64,000 nucleotides of DNA from Bispira polyomma. Its lineage: Eukaryota. Of the stretch, positions 11,657 through 24,692 are shown piece after piece. Each line of letters starts with the position of its first letter. The stretch's first letter is position 1. The notes under the pieces were generated by a model. It searched no databases. It saw nothing but the letters and a program-made list of their open reading frames with translations, and was not told where the DNA came from. The position numbers and the translations under genes were made by a program. The stretch lies in contig OZ287749.1 of assembly GCA_965649765.1 (NCBI GenBank), forward strand, positions 30,938,001-31,002,000, in the 5' to 3' direction.

Positions 11657-13921
11657 TGTTGATAATATTGTGATTTAAAAAAAAAGAAAACCCAAATAAG
11701 AAATAGTCTTTATAAGAGAAATATAGTCCTCGAGCTTGTAACTAATTTGATGAATCAAGTATACGCTCCAGGATTACAATAAATAGGAATGAAAGCCTGG
11801 TTTTACCTGGTGTCGAAGTATAACAAATTAGTTTAATAAACCCCAAAAACATTCAGTGAGGTTTATGATAGCTAGGTCATGGTGACCTTAGTGAAAAGTA
11901 ACAAACGAACAAAAACTTCAAGCATATTATAATTCACTTGATATGCAGTCCTTTCATTTGTTTTCTGGTACTGTAAAAAGTTATATTGAGGTTAATAAAC
12001 CATAGGAATTTACATTAGTTGTGTCGTTTGTGTTTATGAGCTCGAATAGCCAACATGTAGAGCACTGCAATACAGACAACAAAGGATACACAAGACTATA
12101 TGGAGGCTTTACAGAAAGAGGCTGCTATTGAGAATTGCAAAATATCTAAGTTGAAGTCAAATTGGCACCTAGAGTCTTAAGCACATGTCTGACTGGGAAA
12201 TTTAATTGAAATGTCTGCTGGAAAGAAATAAAATGATTATTGGTAGTTGTTCCCAGACATTATATTTGTTTAGATTGTACAATAAAACACTGAAAATATA
12301 GCAATAATCCTATCGAATTATTGAGATTAATGCCTTTTTATTAGCAGGAGGTAAACAGCATTTTGTTAGAGATTTTTTGTGTCTTTTGAAATCCCAGACA
12401 ACCTTTTTTTTATCTATTAGTTGAATAGGCCAATCATAAAAGTTAAAATGGTTTGTACAGTAGTTATTTTTCAAATAAATAATATTTTTAATTGTTTATA
12501 TTATAATGCTTTTTTATTGTGTGAAAATTGGCAAAAAAAAGTTTTATTTAATAAAGCTAGGTTAATGACATTAAATTGTTCTTTGATCAGTGTACATACA
12601 TTTTCCTTCAACTACTCTATTTCTAGAAGACAATTATTGTTTTTTAAGATATTATTTGAAATAAATTTTAAGACCAGCAGTACATAGTACGTAGTATTTA
12701 AGTAGTCTATATAGTTGAAAACCATGTACTAATTATCCTGATTAAGTGACATAATAGGAGCCTTGGACTTGACATAGTAACATTTTTGCCTTCCACCTCT
12801 CCAGTTGTGGATTCAAATGTCAGTTTGTATGTTGGAAACGTTCAAAGTACGCTGGATGCAGATTGGTGGTTTGCAGTGCAAAAATAATGACCACCTAGGT
12901 GTTAAAAGCAACATTAAACCCTACTGCTTGCTTAGCAATTAAAGTCACAGCAAGAAGTATGGACAGTTCTAGTTTGTCAGGTGGATAGTCTTCTAACTTA
13001 GAAGTGTATGAATTGCTAGTGTCGCCTTTATAATTATGTATAAAAAAATTTACACTACAATCGTCATAAAAGGTAAGGCTATTGAGATATGGTTGTTTGA
13101 AAAAGTGTGCTTCTAACAGAATTATTGTGTGCCCCATTACTTCCATGTATTTCAATTAGTGCTATCAAAGATACTGTGATATGGGTGTTCAGCATCATAA
13201 ATGACGCAGGTAGATTTTAGCACAAAGAGTATAATGAAAATAACATCGGAATGGGAATAATTCCTAAACACAGGGGAGTAGCCCACCCAAACATTATTAT
13301 GGATAATTATTGCAGTACACTGTTGCAGTATGAAAATACCAGGGGCATATACATGTGAACCTGTTATAAAAAAAAGGGGGACATTGGTTTAGTGTTGCAT
13401 TTTTTGCTAGGTAGCACAAAGGTACTAGTGGGTTCAGTGCTTCAGGTAACATAATACTAGCATGTAGCCCTCACCAATTGACCCCAAGATTCATTGGTGT
13501 GACCTGCCCTCATTAAACCCCAGCCTGGCGCCAAAATACACATTTGCCTCACTTTAAAAACTAAATCTGAAGTGGCAAGACGCCATTTTAAGCAAATACA
13601 CAAAAATATATTTGCTGAACTTTTTCGTGGATCTTAATCATTTTAGTCTTTATTTTAGTATTTTAATCAAATAGATGTCTATAGAAGGACTCGACTGTGC
13701 TTGTGGATCCAGTGGTTGCAGCGCTCCTGTGCTATCATAACTCTGTTTTGAGTGTTGTGATTATTGGCTTCAACTTGTTGGGGCAATATTAGAGGGACGT
13801 TATCAGGCTTTTTATACAATTTTCACACCATCATTCGGTACTTTATTTAAAATTCTGAAAAAATAAACCTCTAACTCAATATTCACAGGTATCAAAACAG
13901 CCGTATCATGTATTTATACAA

Positions 13922-14910
13922 ATGGCACCGAGAAAAACATATTGTTGTGAGGCATGTGGTGGACACCATTAAAAGCCTATAAAAGAGAAATGTAAAGTGG
14001 TATTAAGAGAAATGGACAGTGTTTCTGTAGTGAACAGTGATACAAACTCAGGGAATATCTCGTCAAATGAGGTAAACCTGTTGATTCTAAAATAACTAAA
14101 TGACGAGCTCACGCATGGACAAATATGAACAGAATAGTATTACGGAGCCGAGTCGGACACACACCAGTGTGATTCCTGTCAGCGTCCAGGCATCACAGGC
14201 AGCGACAGCAGTGGCAGCATCCAGTGCACCCCAGATGAGCGAGACTGTGGTGCTGTCATTGCAGACCCTGAGGCAATCTACAGACCTACAGGTGGCCGTG
14301 GACAACAGACTGCGAGAACTACAACAAGTTAATGAACAAGGTACGTTCCGGTCACAAAGAGGCGGTCAGGAAACAATATGGGTGAAGCGTCAGGTACCCT
14401 GGCCCCAAAACTTTATCCTAGGTGGTAGCAATAAGTCCAGAATGTCCTACGATGTGTTGTCAATGGCCCAGTGGGTGGCTGGGTTTAGTTCCATAATTAG
14501 AGAAGAAACAAACATTGAAACAAAAAACCAAATGCTTGAGTATATGTCTGACCTTATGGAAGACTCTCACGATTTCACTTGGGTAGCGGCAAAAGGTAGC
14601 CATGCAGTGTTAACATGTAAGATGGAAGAGGGGAAATTATCTTGGCAAGATACCTCAAAAATCGATAGGGTGAGAAGGGCTTATGCCCAAAAGGTTTTGG
14701 GGGGCCAAACTTCGGGCTCTGGGGTACCCAAGAGAAATAGTGAGAAATCCATCCCGTGTAAATTCTTCCAGATTGTTCGTGTCCCCAGAAAGGGGACCAC
14801 GAGACCAAGGGACAATTGTATGCGCATGTATGTGCAAACTGTCATGCCACAGGCCGTTCTTTCCCACACACGGCTAAAGACTGCCGTAGAAACAGCAGTG
14901 TAAAAAACGA
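13922..14910 (+). CDS. gag: gag-like ORF1 of YR element 2 (disrupted)
   Basis: MAPRKTYCCEACGGHH*KP..C N-terminal Cys/His motif, ORF 14100-14903 (WPQNFILGG, YDVLSMAQWVAGF, MEDSHDFTW) and a frameshifted C-terminal Cys/His finger. Confidence 0.8.
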
Positions 14911-14914
14911 GTAG

Positions 14915-17152
14915 GGCACTGCAGTAGTGCAGTGCCCAATAGTAAATGTTCTAAAATTACTGTGAAAAGTTTAAAAACAAGCAATGAAAATGGACTAAAT
15001 CACAGAAGTAAAGAAAGTGTACATAATAATGCTTATACTAGAACCAGAGTGATTCATAATAGTGTATGTGTACATAATGTCAGTGACAATTAGAAAGCAG
15101 ACTGGGCAAGGTTTCAAGGCAAAACATATGCCCAAATACTTTCAAATGGTTTCAGCAAAATCACTGGTACTTTGGAAGGAAAAAATAAACAAAGAGTGTT
15201 CAATACTTCCAATTGTCACTTAACATATTCAAATGTCAAAAAGCCACAGTCCAGTGGTTCTTGTTTAAATGTTTATAAAAGTTGTATTTACAATGTACCT
15301 AGGCCACAAGTATATGGGTCTAGGAAAGAAACCAATAATATTTTTTCAGCGCAACACACCGACACACAAGTACAAGGTGTCAAAAAATCCCCCAACACAA
15401 TGGTTAGTCCTATTGTGAAACAAAGTCGCACCTCCCTCCAAGAACAATGGCAAAGTGTGAAACCCAAAATTGGGAGAAACAATGTGGGGACTTTTCATAA
15501 CAGATTTCTTCCATTGTCGTTGGTAAATGAGGGGGATGGGGACACACTTGGTGACACTGAACACAATGAAACCTTAAGTGCGGTTCACACTAATGCGACA
15601 GGTTCATAAAAGAAAACCTTAAGTGTGACTCTCACTAGGGCAAACAACCACTGTCGGCAGGGTAGTAACACAAACCCGGGCTTAAGTAGTGTAATTCAAA
15701 ACACAGACAAGTATGACTTACAACTGCATGCCAGACCTAAGAGTAAAGAACTCATGAAGTTAGCGCGTACCAACAAATGTTTTCAAAATTGGGATACCCA
15801 AACACAAGACAAGTTGGGCTTTATTCCTTTGGGAGACCTCACAATTCCTGTATTTGATGCAAGAAATAAATCAACAGCTCCCTTGTTTGACATACATGAA
15901 CAGATCAAAAACTCAAATCTTCCAAACTTCAGGGGGGGCCAAAGATGAGTATTTGAATACTCCTTTTGTGTTAACACTACCTAGAATAGATACCATTACT
16001 CAAAAAGTGCGTCAATTGGGATGTGGTTCATTTCTATATAAGACAGATATTAGTAGGGCCTTTCGCCACGTCAAAATAGACCCTGCGGACTACAACCTTA
16101 TGGGTCTCAAACATGAACAGTACGTTGATACTTGTCTCCCATTCGGATTTCGGCACGGAAGTGCCATATTCCAGTGTCTAAGTGACGCTGTACGCTTTAT
16201 CATGCAACGTCACGATTGTGACGTCACTAACTACATAGACGACATTATAGGCTATGGCGTTCCCTCTAAAATACAGTACTCTTTCAACTTGTTACATCAT
16301 TTACTCCATGACCTAGGTTTTGACATAAGTGAAAAGAAAATTGTGCGTCCAAGTACACAGGTAGTCTGCTTAGGGGTGCTTATAAACACTGAAGACTTCA
16401 CAGTCTCAGTTCCTCAGGAAAAACTACAAGAAATCATGGGGTTATGTCAATCCTGGCAAGGCAAGCGTACATGTAAAAAGCGTGACCTACAGTCATTACT
16501 AGGCAAATTACTATACATCTCAAAATGTGTCAAAGTTTCAAGGTTATTTCTCAACAGAATGTTAGAGGTACTGAGGTCAGCTTATAGTGCACATGTAATA
16601 AACCTAGAAGTAGAATTCTGTCAGGATCTGAACTGGTTCTGTAGATTTTTACCCACCTTTAATGGCAAAGCTTTCTTTGACCATCGCCCAATCACTGATT
16701 GCATAGAGCTAGATGCCTGTCTTGAGGGCCTAGGGGGCCGCTGTAATGGCCAGGTATACAAAAAGCAAATTCCCAGAGGTTATAATAGTTACCACATAAC
16801 TCACCTTGAAATGCTCAATATACTAGTCGCAGTTAGGCTATGGAAAGACCAATGGAGAGGCAAACGGTTATTAGTACATTGTGATAATGAGGCTGTGGTT
16901 ACAATACTTAACTCAGGTAGAACTCAAGACCGTACCTTGGCGGCCATAGCCAGAAATATCCATATGGAAACAGCAATGGCTGACATTAGCTTTAGCACAA
17001 TTCCTATCTTAGGAAAAAATAACGTTGTGGCTGACCTATTATCTAGGTGGCATTTGTATTCAGACAGCCAGAGTAGGCTAGCTAAGCTCATAGTTGAACC
17101 AGAATGGGTAGAGGTGAAAGATAATACATTAAACATAGACTGGTCTATTTGA
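14915..17152 (+). CDS. pol: pol (RT + RNase H), disrupted, RT N-terminus deleted near 15944
   Basis: KTDISRAFRH, LPFGFRHG, YIDDII, ELDACLEGLGG, HLEMLN, HCDNEAVV, NVVADLLSRW. Confidence 0.92.
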
Positions 17153-18135
17153 TTGTAGGTCTCCCTCCACAACTAGTATCCGTGGCAGCCAAGGCTGCCT
17201 CCAGGGCCCACCAAGCTTTTAGACCCTCCACACAAAAGGCTTACACACATATGTTTAGAGTTTTCCTTGCTTTCACCTGCTTCACAAAGGTTAGACTACA
17301 AAATATTACTCCCTTATTCATACTGGCATTTTTTTAAGTGCTTGTTACAAGTAATGTCTCAAACTCATCTATTGCCAACTATCTTTCAGCAATAAAAGCA
17401 AAAATGGCATTATTCAGAGTGGACACCTCTTGCTTCGCTGACCAGCGTATTAAATATTACCAAAAAGCAATAGTGCTCAATAAACCATTTAGGGCAAAGC
17501 TGAAAAATATCATTGATATTCCACTGCTCACAGACATAATCCTCACATGTGACTCAATGTATATGGGCCAGGTATTCAAGGCCCTATATTTGGTGGTATT
17601 TTATTCTTGTCTTAGAATTTCCAACCTTGTTCCACATAGTGTGGCTTCCTATTCCCCCCTTCAACAGCTTGCCAGGGGTGACATCTTGTTTGCACCTCCT
17701 GGCATGCACATTATCATTAAATGGACTAAAACTCTTCAATCCAAAGACACAATCAGAATTATTAAGTTACCTCACCTTGGCCTATCTCCTCTGTGTCCCG
17801 TAAGGGCTGTAAAAAACTTGCTTGCCATCACTCCTGGTACCAATAATTCACCATTGTTTCAGTTTAAGTTAAATCTAAAATGGATCCCACTTACAGACTC
17901 AAGAGTTAGGACCAATCTGCACACCATTCTTACTTGTCTACATTGTCAAACCTCAAACATAACCTTTCACTCCTTCCGGCGTTCAGGTGCCACTTATGCA
18001 TTCAATCATTATGTACCCATTCAGGACATCCAGGCTCATGGCACCTGGACGTCGGACTGTGTGTTGAGGTACATTAATCAGGATCACAACACCACTGACC
18101 AGGTAGCGCTGGCCTTCAAATCAGCCCTTTCGTAG
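17149..18135 (+). CDS. tyrosine recombinase (one in-frame stop at ~17335)
   Basis: FYSCLRISNL, FHSFRRSGATYA, HGTWTSDCVLRY. Confidence 0.92.
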
Positions 18136-20869
18136 TTTTCTACTCACTAGTTGGGGTTTGGGGCTCCTTTATGTCCATATTTAGGGCCACCTTATATTTA
18201 TATATTACATTTATTTAACTATTTTACGTAAATATTGTATACTTAAATGTACCTTTCATATTACTTTAAGTTTACTTAACTTAAAAACTTTTAACTTTCT
18301 TACACTTTACTTCAGTTAAGGTCACCATACGTGACCCCCAAAATTTAACTCAATCTGGGTTAACTTGAAGTTAAGGTCAACCTAAATGACCAAACCTTGT
18401 GGTTACATCAATTTAAGGGCAACTTAATTAACCACAATCTCAACTTAAATTAAGTTTATCTTGGTTAAAGGTCACCATAAAGTGACACCAAACCTAATTT
18501 CAAAATTCATCAAAATTTATGTTAAGGTCACCTTAAGTGGCCCACACTTAAACTCCTTAAGGTGGCCCTACCCAGTATGTACATATATGTAGAAATATTA
18601 ACATAGAATTAAAACATTAATATTTCCCAATTGGGTTCTTTTATTTCTTGTCTTATATCCAAACACTCACATAGGAGGCACTGATACCATTATTGCCACC
18701 AGTCCATGTTAGTTTCATTGCAGAATAATTCAAAATAGTGCTAAAGATATATATGCAAAACAAAGGAACAATAAGTCAATAAAAGGCACTCTTTGACCGT
18801 TTATTCTACATCTTATACACAAATATTACTAATTTTGTATGTCAAAACACTATGTATTTACAGTTATTTAAAAATATATTAAATCACACAGTCATAAAGT
18901 CAAGCATGAATATAGTTAATTGCAAGTAGTAATAAACATCTTCAAAATAAATATTAGTGTCTGAATCTGTAACAAGGAAAGGCATTGTCCAAGTTTAACA
19001 GTTTTTCTGGTTTCAAAAATTTCCCTATTGTGGATTCCTTTCTTTTATAGAAAAATCATTGTGATATTGAACGAAAAATCTGTGGATGAAAAGGCTTCTG
19101 CATATTGGGACCTTCGTAAGACTGGGGAAGTTGTAGTTTGGGTTACAGGCTTCATATCATTTCGAGTTAGGGGTGGCAAAAGGTAATTTCCATCAATTGT
19201 TTTGTACAATGCTGAAGAGATATTGTCGTGGAAGAGTATAACTTAAATTTGCAGCAAGGCAGTTGGTGTGTGATTGGACGCCAAGTGTTAACTTGATTTC
19301 TGGTGGCTTTTGAGGCTCTTCTGTGTTGCTTATGGCAGAGAAGTATTGAAGTATTGGTGATCCAGATCTTTGAAATTCATCAGAAGTCAGTTGTTACTTG
19401 GTTCAGCATTTTAAGTATCCATGACAAGATATGCTGTGCATGTTGAGAAGTATTACCCAGATCAACTTGTCACCAAGACTAAAACCAGTCAAAAGCAAAA
19501 AAACACATAACAATAAAATTGTTAAACTCTTCCTATATTAGGTTTATGCATATTGGAGACTTAGTGGACAACTACCTTGCAAGGGTTATCAGCAAAATGG
19601 TGTTAGTTATTGTATCAACTAGATCAATCAGTTAGGCTCCTGTTACCATCGTGGCTGGTTACAGAAACAGTTACTCTGTTACCACCCTCACACCTAAAGT
19701 AGGGTAGCTATCGAGCTAGACTAAATATTTTCAGATATGTAAAAAAACACACAAAACTGCAATTTTTCAGTACTTGATGTTGGGTGTATTAGGGATTTTG
19801 ATATTTGGTTCCTTTTTGATTTATTACTTTTGGTATTTAGTTACTTTATGTGATTTGTTACAACATCGCAAATTTCAGAAGTCTAGTACTGTGCAGCTGA
19901 GTACTGGCTACTTTGAAAATTATTTACCAACAGTAAAGATCATTTAGGTATTTGATTTAAATTTAAGATGTCTTGTATTGTGCAGCTGAGTACTGGCAAG
20001 TTTAAGTATTAATTACTAACTGTAAACATCAGTTAGGTTTTAGATTCAATGTAACCATGACATTCTATCTAACGCCCTATACTGCAAGAACAGTTTTTTG
20101 AAAAACACATTTTATTATAAAACTCCACACAGAAGTACAAAACAATCCATGATCAAATTAAATAGTTAGTTGATCCAGACCATCTTTCATTGACCTGGTT
20201 ATGAAATATTTATATAAACTATCAGTATAGAGGTTTGTATGGCAAATTATTGTATTATTAAAACTGTTGTGTCATGTTTGGCAAATAAATATATATGATT
20301 AAAGCCTTTATAAAACATCCCTAAATGGGTGTATTTTAAAAAAATTCAGAAGCAGTTATTAGAATATGGTAGCTCCTCAAATATCAGCAGTTATTAGAAT
20401 ATGGTAACTCGTCAAATATCAGCCTTTTATGTAGTGGTCAATTACACCAAGCATTATCTGCAATCATAGGCAGAATCCATCTTTCTAATAACATTCATTA
20501 TGCACAGTTAAATGTACTCTGTGCTTAATGGAGCATTATGCAACAGTCTGGTAGCTTGGTTACATTTTTGTGCTGTGCAAATTAGGGGTATTGGATTTTT
20601 TATTTTGGGTTTCTTTACTTTATCTCTGTGGGTTATATTACGACATACAGTTCATTGGTGAAGGATGGCAGACAATATCAAACAACTGGCCTTCAACAGG
20701 TTAACGGCTAACTTTGGAATAATAGCTTACAAGAGTTGTCTTTTTGAAAAAAGACATAGGCGCACAGTCTGACTAAACCCCCCCCCCCCCCCTTGTTTGG
20801 CCGGGTAGATTGCTTCCAACCAATCCTTAAAGGCCTTATATATTATTTCCAACATGGCGGCTTTGTAAC

Positions 20870-23800
20870 TAAGGACTGCATGTCTGCTGTCCACCTCTAG
20901 AGAAGTGGGTTCAAATATGGGGATTTTGTGCATGTTTTAAAATTGAAATTTTAAAGCTATTAGTAGCGGACACTATATTGCCAATAAATTTTAAAAGGCT
21001 ATTAGCCAACTTCATCTCTATAGGAACATCATTACATAGTGAGGGCAATAAATCACAATGACTTGTGTATAGTACTCTAAATATTTTATGAAAACATTTT
21101 CTCCATTGAGTTAAGAAGTAACGGCAAAGACCATGGGTTAACATGGAGAGGTCACATTGTGTCTAGATGCAATATTTAGTGCATACATGGCATGATATCC
21201 AGGCCATTGAAAATAGAGGGCATGCACTTTTCCCTTATAGTCACCATGATAGAGTTCTTGCTAGTCTAAAAAATAGAAAGCAAGTTTTTGTTGATAATAT
21301 TGTAATTTATTTAGGAAAACACCCCAATAAGTAACAGTCTTTATAAATAAAATTACGTTCTCGAACTTGTAACTTATTTGACGAGTACACGCTCTTGGAC
21401 TTTAGTTCTACAATAAATAGGGCTGAAAGCCTGGTTTTTCATCTTAAACATAAAAAACATCCAGTGAGTCTTATGATAGCTAGGTCATGGTGACCTTAGT
21501 GAAAAGTAACAAAAGCAAAACCTTTGATACCCTGGACTTAAAGCATGTTATAATTCACTGTTTATGCAGGCCTTTCATTTGTTTTCTGGTACTGTAAAAC
21601 GTGATATTGAGGATAATAGACAATAGGGTTTTATGTTAGCTGTGTTGTTTGTGTTTATGAGCTTGAATAGCCAACATGTACAACACTGAAATAGAGACAA
21701 CAAAGGCTACACAAGACTATATTTTTCAGCAAGAGGCTGCTATGGAGAGTTGAAAATATCAGAGTTGAAGTCAAGTTGGCACTAAGAGTCTTCACCACAT
21801 GTCTGACTGGGAAATTTAATTGGAAAGATTATTCGTAGTTGTTCCCAGACATTATATTCGATTTAGATTGTAGAATAAAACACTGAAAATATAGCAAAAA
21901 TCCTTATGAACATTATTGTTTTTCTATTGGCAGATGTTAATCAGCATTTTGTCAGCTTTTTGTCAGAGATTGTGTAAGATAGATAATCCCAGACAACCTT
22001 TTCTGTTAGTTGAATAGACTGACATAGCCAATCATAAGAGTTGATTAAGAAATGAACTAAATTAATAATTTTCTGATTGTTTATATTATAATGCCTTTTT
22101 ATTGTTTGAAAATTGGCAAAGTTTTATTTTTAAATCTGGGTTATTAACATAACATTGTTCTTTGATCAGTGTACATACATTTTTAGGATTCTTCTTCAAT
22201 TACTCCATTTTTAGAAGACAATTATTGTTTTAAGATATTGTATATGAAATTAATTTTAAGAGTAGCAGTGTGTAGTATGTAGTATTTAAGTAGTCTAAGA
22301 ATTTGAAAACCATGTACTAATTATTCTTATTAAGTGATTAAATAAGAGTAGCCTTGGACCAAAGTGGTAACATTCTTGCCTTCCACCTCTCCAGTTGTGG
22401 ATTAAAATCACAGTTTGTATGTTGAAAAAGTTCGAAGTAGGCTGGATGCAGATTGGTGGTTTACAATTATGGACACTTCTAATTTTTCAAGGACAAATTT
22501 CAAAATTTAATGATCATGGTTGTTTATTAATGTTAGATGAATATAAAAAAGTAATTCCACTATGCCAATTTGGTCCCTGACCTTGCCAACATTGTCGTTG
22601 CGGTGGTGGGGAAGGATATTCAACATGTTTGATATTTTCGAAAAGTACCCTGACTTATCTCCTCGACTTCTTTAAACGTTAAGGTCGGCTTCGGTGAATA
22701 AGTTCGATTGGATTGTCATTACGTTCTGTTCTGTTAGGTCTTATTTCATTCCAGGCCTGTCCTAACAGTGGCCCGTTAAAAGGTATAGGGTATAAACGAG
22801 GCAAACTAGGCGGTCGGGAAGAATATAAGACCCTGTCAGTTATTTTACCACAACAGTCCCGACTTTGATTTTTAGCCGGTCGATCATGATGGTCAAGGAT
22901 ATGGATCCGTCAAATCTTTTTGATGATACGTCAGATCCTATCGCCATTAAGTTTGATCCTAATCTGGGTCGGGTAGGCCGGGGCAGTTTTAGTACAGACT
23001 TCGATCATGGTTGGTGTCCCGTCAAAATGGGACGCAATCAGTTTGATCTGCAAGGTCGCCCCAGCCTGATTTTCCTGCCTTTTTAATCACAATCTCAAAA
23101 TCGGGCCCATTTGCCGATCGAACTTGAATATGAAACCACCACTTTAGATGCAATTAAAATGGCACGTCGAAAATGGATACCTTAGTAAGAAAACTATCCA
23201 TAATTGCTAGCCAACAGTAACTAAATATATTTTGTGATTTTAAATGTGTTCAGTGCATAGTCTTCCAACTTAAAAATGTTTACACTACTAGTGTTGTCTT
23301 GATTCCCCTTAATAATTATATATACAAAAATTAACACTACAATCGTCATAAAAGGTAAAGCTATGAGGTTGGGTTGTTTGAACAAGGTGTGTTTCAAACA
23401 GTACTGTTTTGAGCTCTATTACTGCGATGTATATCAATTAGTGCTGTCACAGATCCCGTTATAAATAACATAAGAATGTGATTAATTCAATTAAGTTCTA
23501 AACACAAGGAAGTAGTCCACCCCAAAAATTATTATGGATAATTATTGTAGTAAACTATTGTAGTATGAAAATATCATGGCATATACATGTGAACCTGTTA
23601 TGAAAAAAGGTCGCCAGAAGGACATTCGTTGAGTATTGCATTGTTATACCATATATGCCATCAGTCCACGTTAGTTCCATAGCAGAAGATATTACTAAGA
23701 GATATATGCAAAAAACCCAACAATAAGTCAATAAAGGCACTCTTTGACCGTTTATTGTACATCCTATACACAAATATTACTTATTTACTATGTCAAAATG

Positions 23801-23935
23801 CTACATATTTACAGTCATTTGAAAATGTATTAAATCACACAATCATAAAGTCAACCATTAATATATTTAATTGCAAGTGTTAATGAACAGCATAAATATT
23901 GGTGTCTGAATCTGTAACAAGGAAAGCGTTGTCCG
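20870..23935 (+). pseudogene. LRR-GPCR pseudogene copy C (partial)
   Basis: Colinear with 985-3605 and 27215-29325. TCE-LL..RTFV and ALFDRLLYILY motifs at ~23585-23775. Confidence 0.55.
22465..23145. mobile_element. non-autonomous DNA transposon remnant (PIF/Harbinger-like MITE)
   Basis: Absent from the other copies. GC-richer, gatcg/tcgg-rich interior like Harbinger subterminal DNA. Right end tatgaaaccacc is inverted to ggtggttt at the left. Confidence 0.45.
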
Positions 23936-23941
23936 ATCTAT

Positions 23942-24572
23942 TTGTCAAAAAGAATCAGGAAGCATATGGAAAGGTATCTGCTTTGTTGTATTAGGACTGA
24001 TAATGCGTTAGGAAGACAATATGATAATTATCAATCTGCTGATGATGTTCAGACAGATTTCCGAGTGTGCTATGTGGAAGTAGTAGATCCGAAATCAGGA
24101 TGTCATTACTACAGAGAGCATCACCGCTGATAGAGTAAAACAAGGCGTGACATTCTGAACCATCTAAGAAAATTTCCCTACACGTTTAAAACTCCCCAGA
24201 ACAAACGCTAACTTGAGAGGTTATTGGTCTGATCTCCTCTCGAGATTCACGAGGAATGCTGGTGAGAAGAATACACCTTACATGATGACCAGTGAGATGC
24301 AAGCCAGCAGCATTGCATTACATCTTCTCATTCAGGCAATTGCAAATGTCATAGATGACACTGACCTGGCATCGAAGGATTTTATTAAGGAAACCAAACG
24401 GATGAGGAAGATTCTGCTTGATGCGACATATAGCGGAGAAACTCCTGCAGAAAACATGACTATGGAAATGGATCTTGTACTTCTTGAAGAAGAAGAGAAA
24501 AGAATGCAGAGAATTCTGATTAAGGAGTACATACCTCAGGGTGATACTACTAAGATGGAAGATCTGAACTGA
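23942..24572 (+). pseudogene. orphan disrupted ORF, possibly virus- or Polinton-derived
   Basis: Two ORF pieces (62 aa and 119 aa) with protein-like composition, unrelated to the flanking units; no recognised domain. Confidence 0.3.
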
Positions 24573-24692
24573 TAGACATTAGACTGATAGACATTATTAA
24601 CTTTGTGGTAACATAGAAATTGTAACTAGTAATGGTCTTGATTACATCCTTATGATCACGTCTTCCACTAGTAATTTGGTTAGATGGTAATT

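Larger units (their letters stand above)
13405..18683 (+). mobile_element. Ngaro-type tyrosine-recombinase retrotransposon 2 (A-gag-pol-YR-B)
   Basis: Gag, RT/RH and YR ORFs. Inserted precisely in gcattttt|ataccattattgcc, which is uninterrupted at 3297-3318. Ends tgctagg... and ...gaggcactg. Confidence 0.93.
4255..20865 (+). pseudogene. LRR-GPCR pseudogene copy B, interrupted by YR retroelements
   Basis: Colinear with copy D once 6223-11405, 11465-11656 and 13405-18683 are removed. Motifs: LNNLEYSALHH (LRR), AVHCCSMKIPGAYTCE (hinge, ~13312) and LARVISKMVLVIVSTRSIS*APVTIVAG (TM6-like, ~19575-19655). Confidence 0.55.

Noticed and set aside
12895-13155. Minus-strand ORFs in the duplicated unit (also 2468-2701, 23555-23773, 29263-29487)
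   Set aside because: Recognisable motifs are on the plus strand; these ORFs are not kept open across copies.
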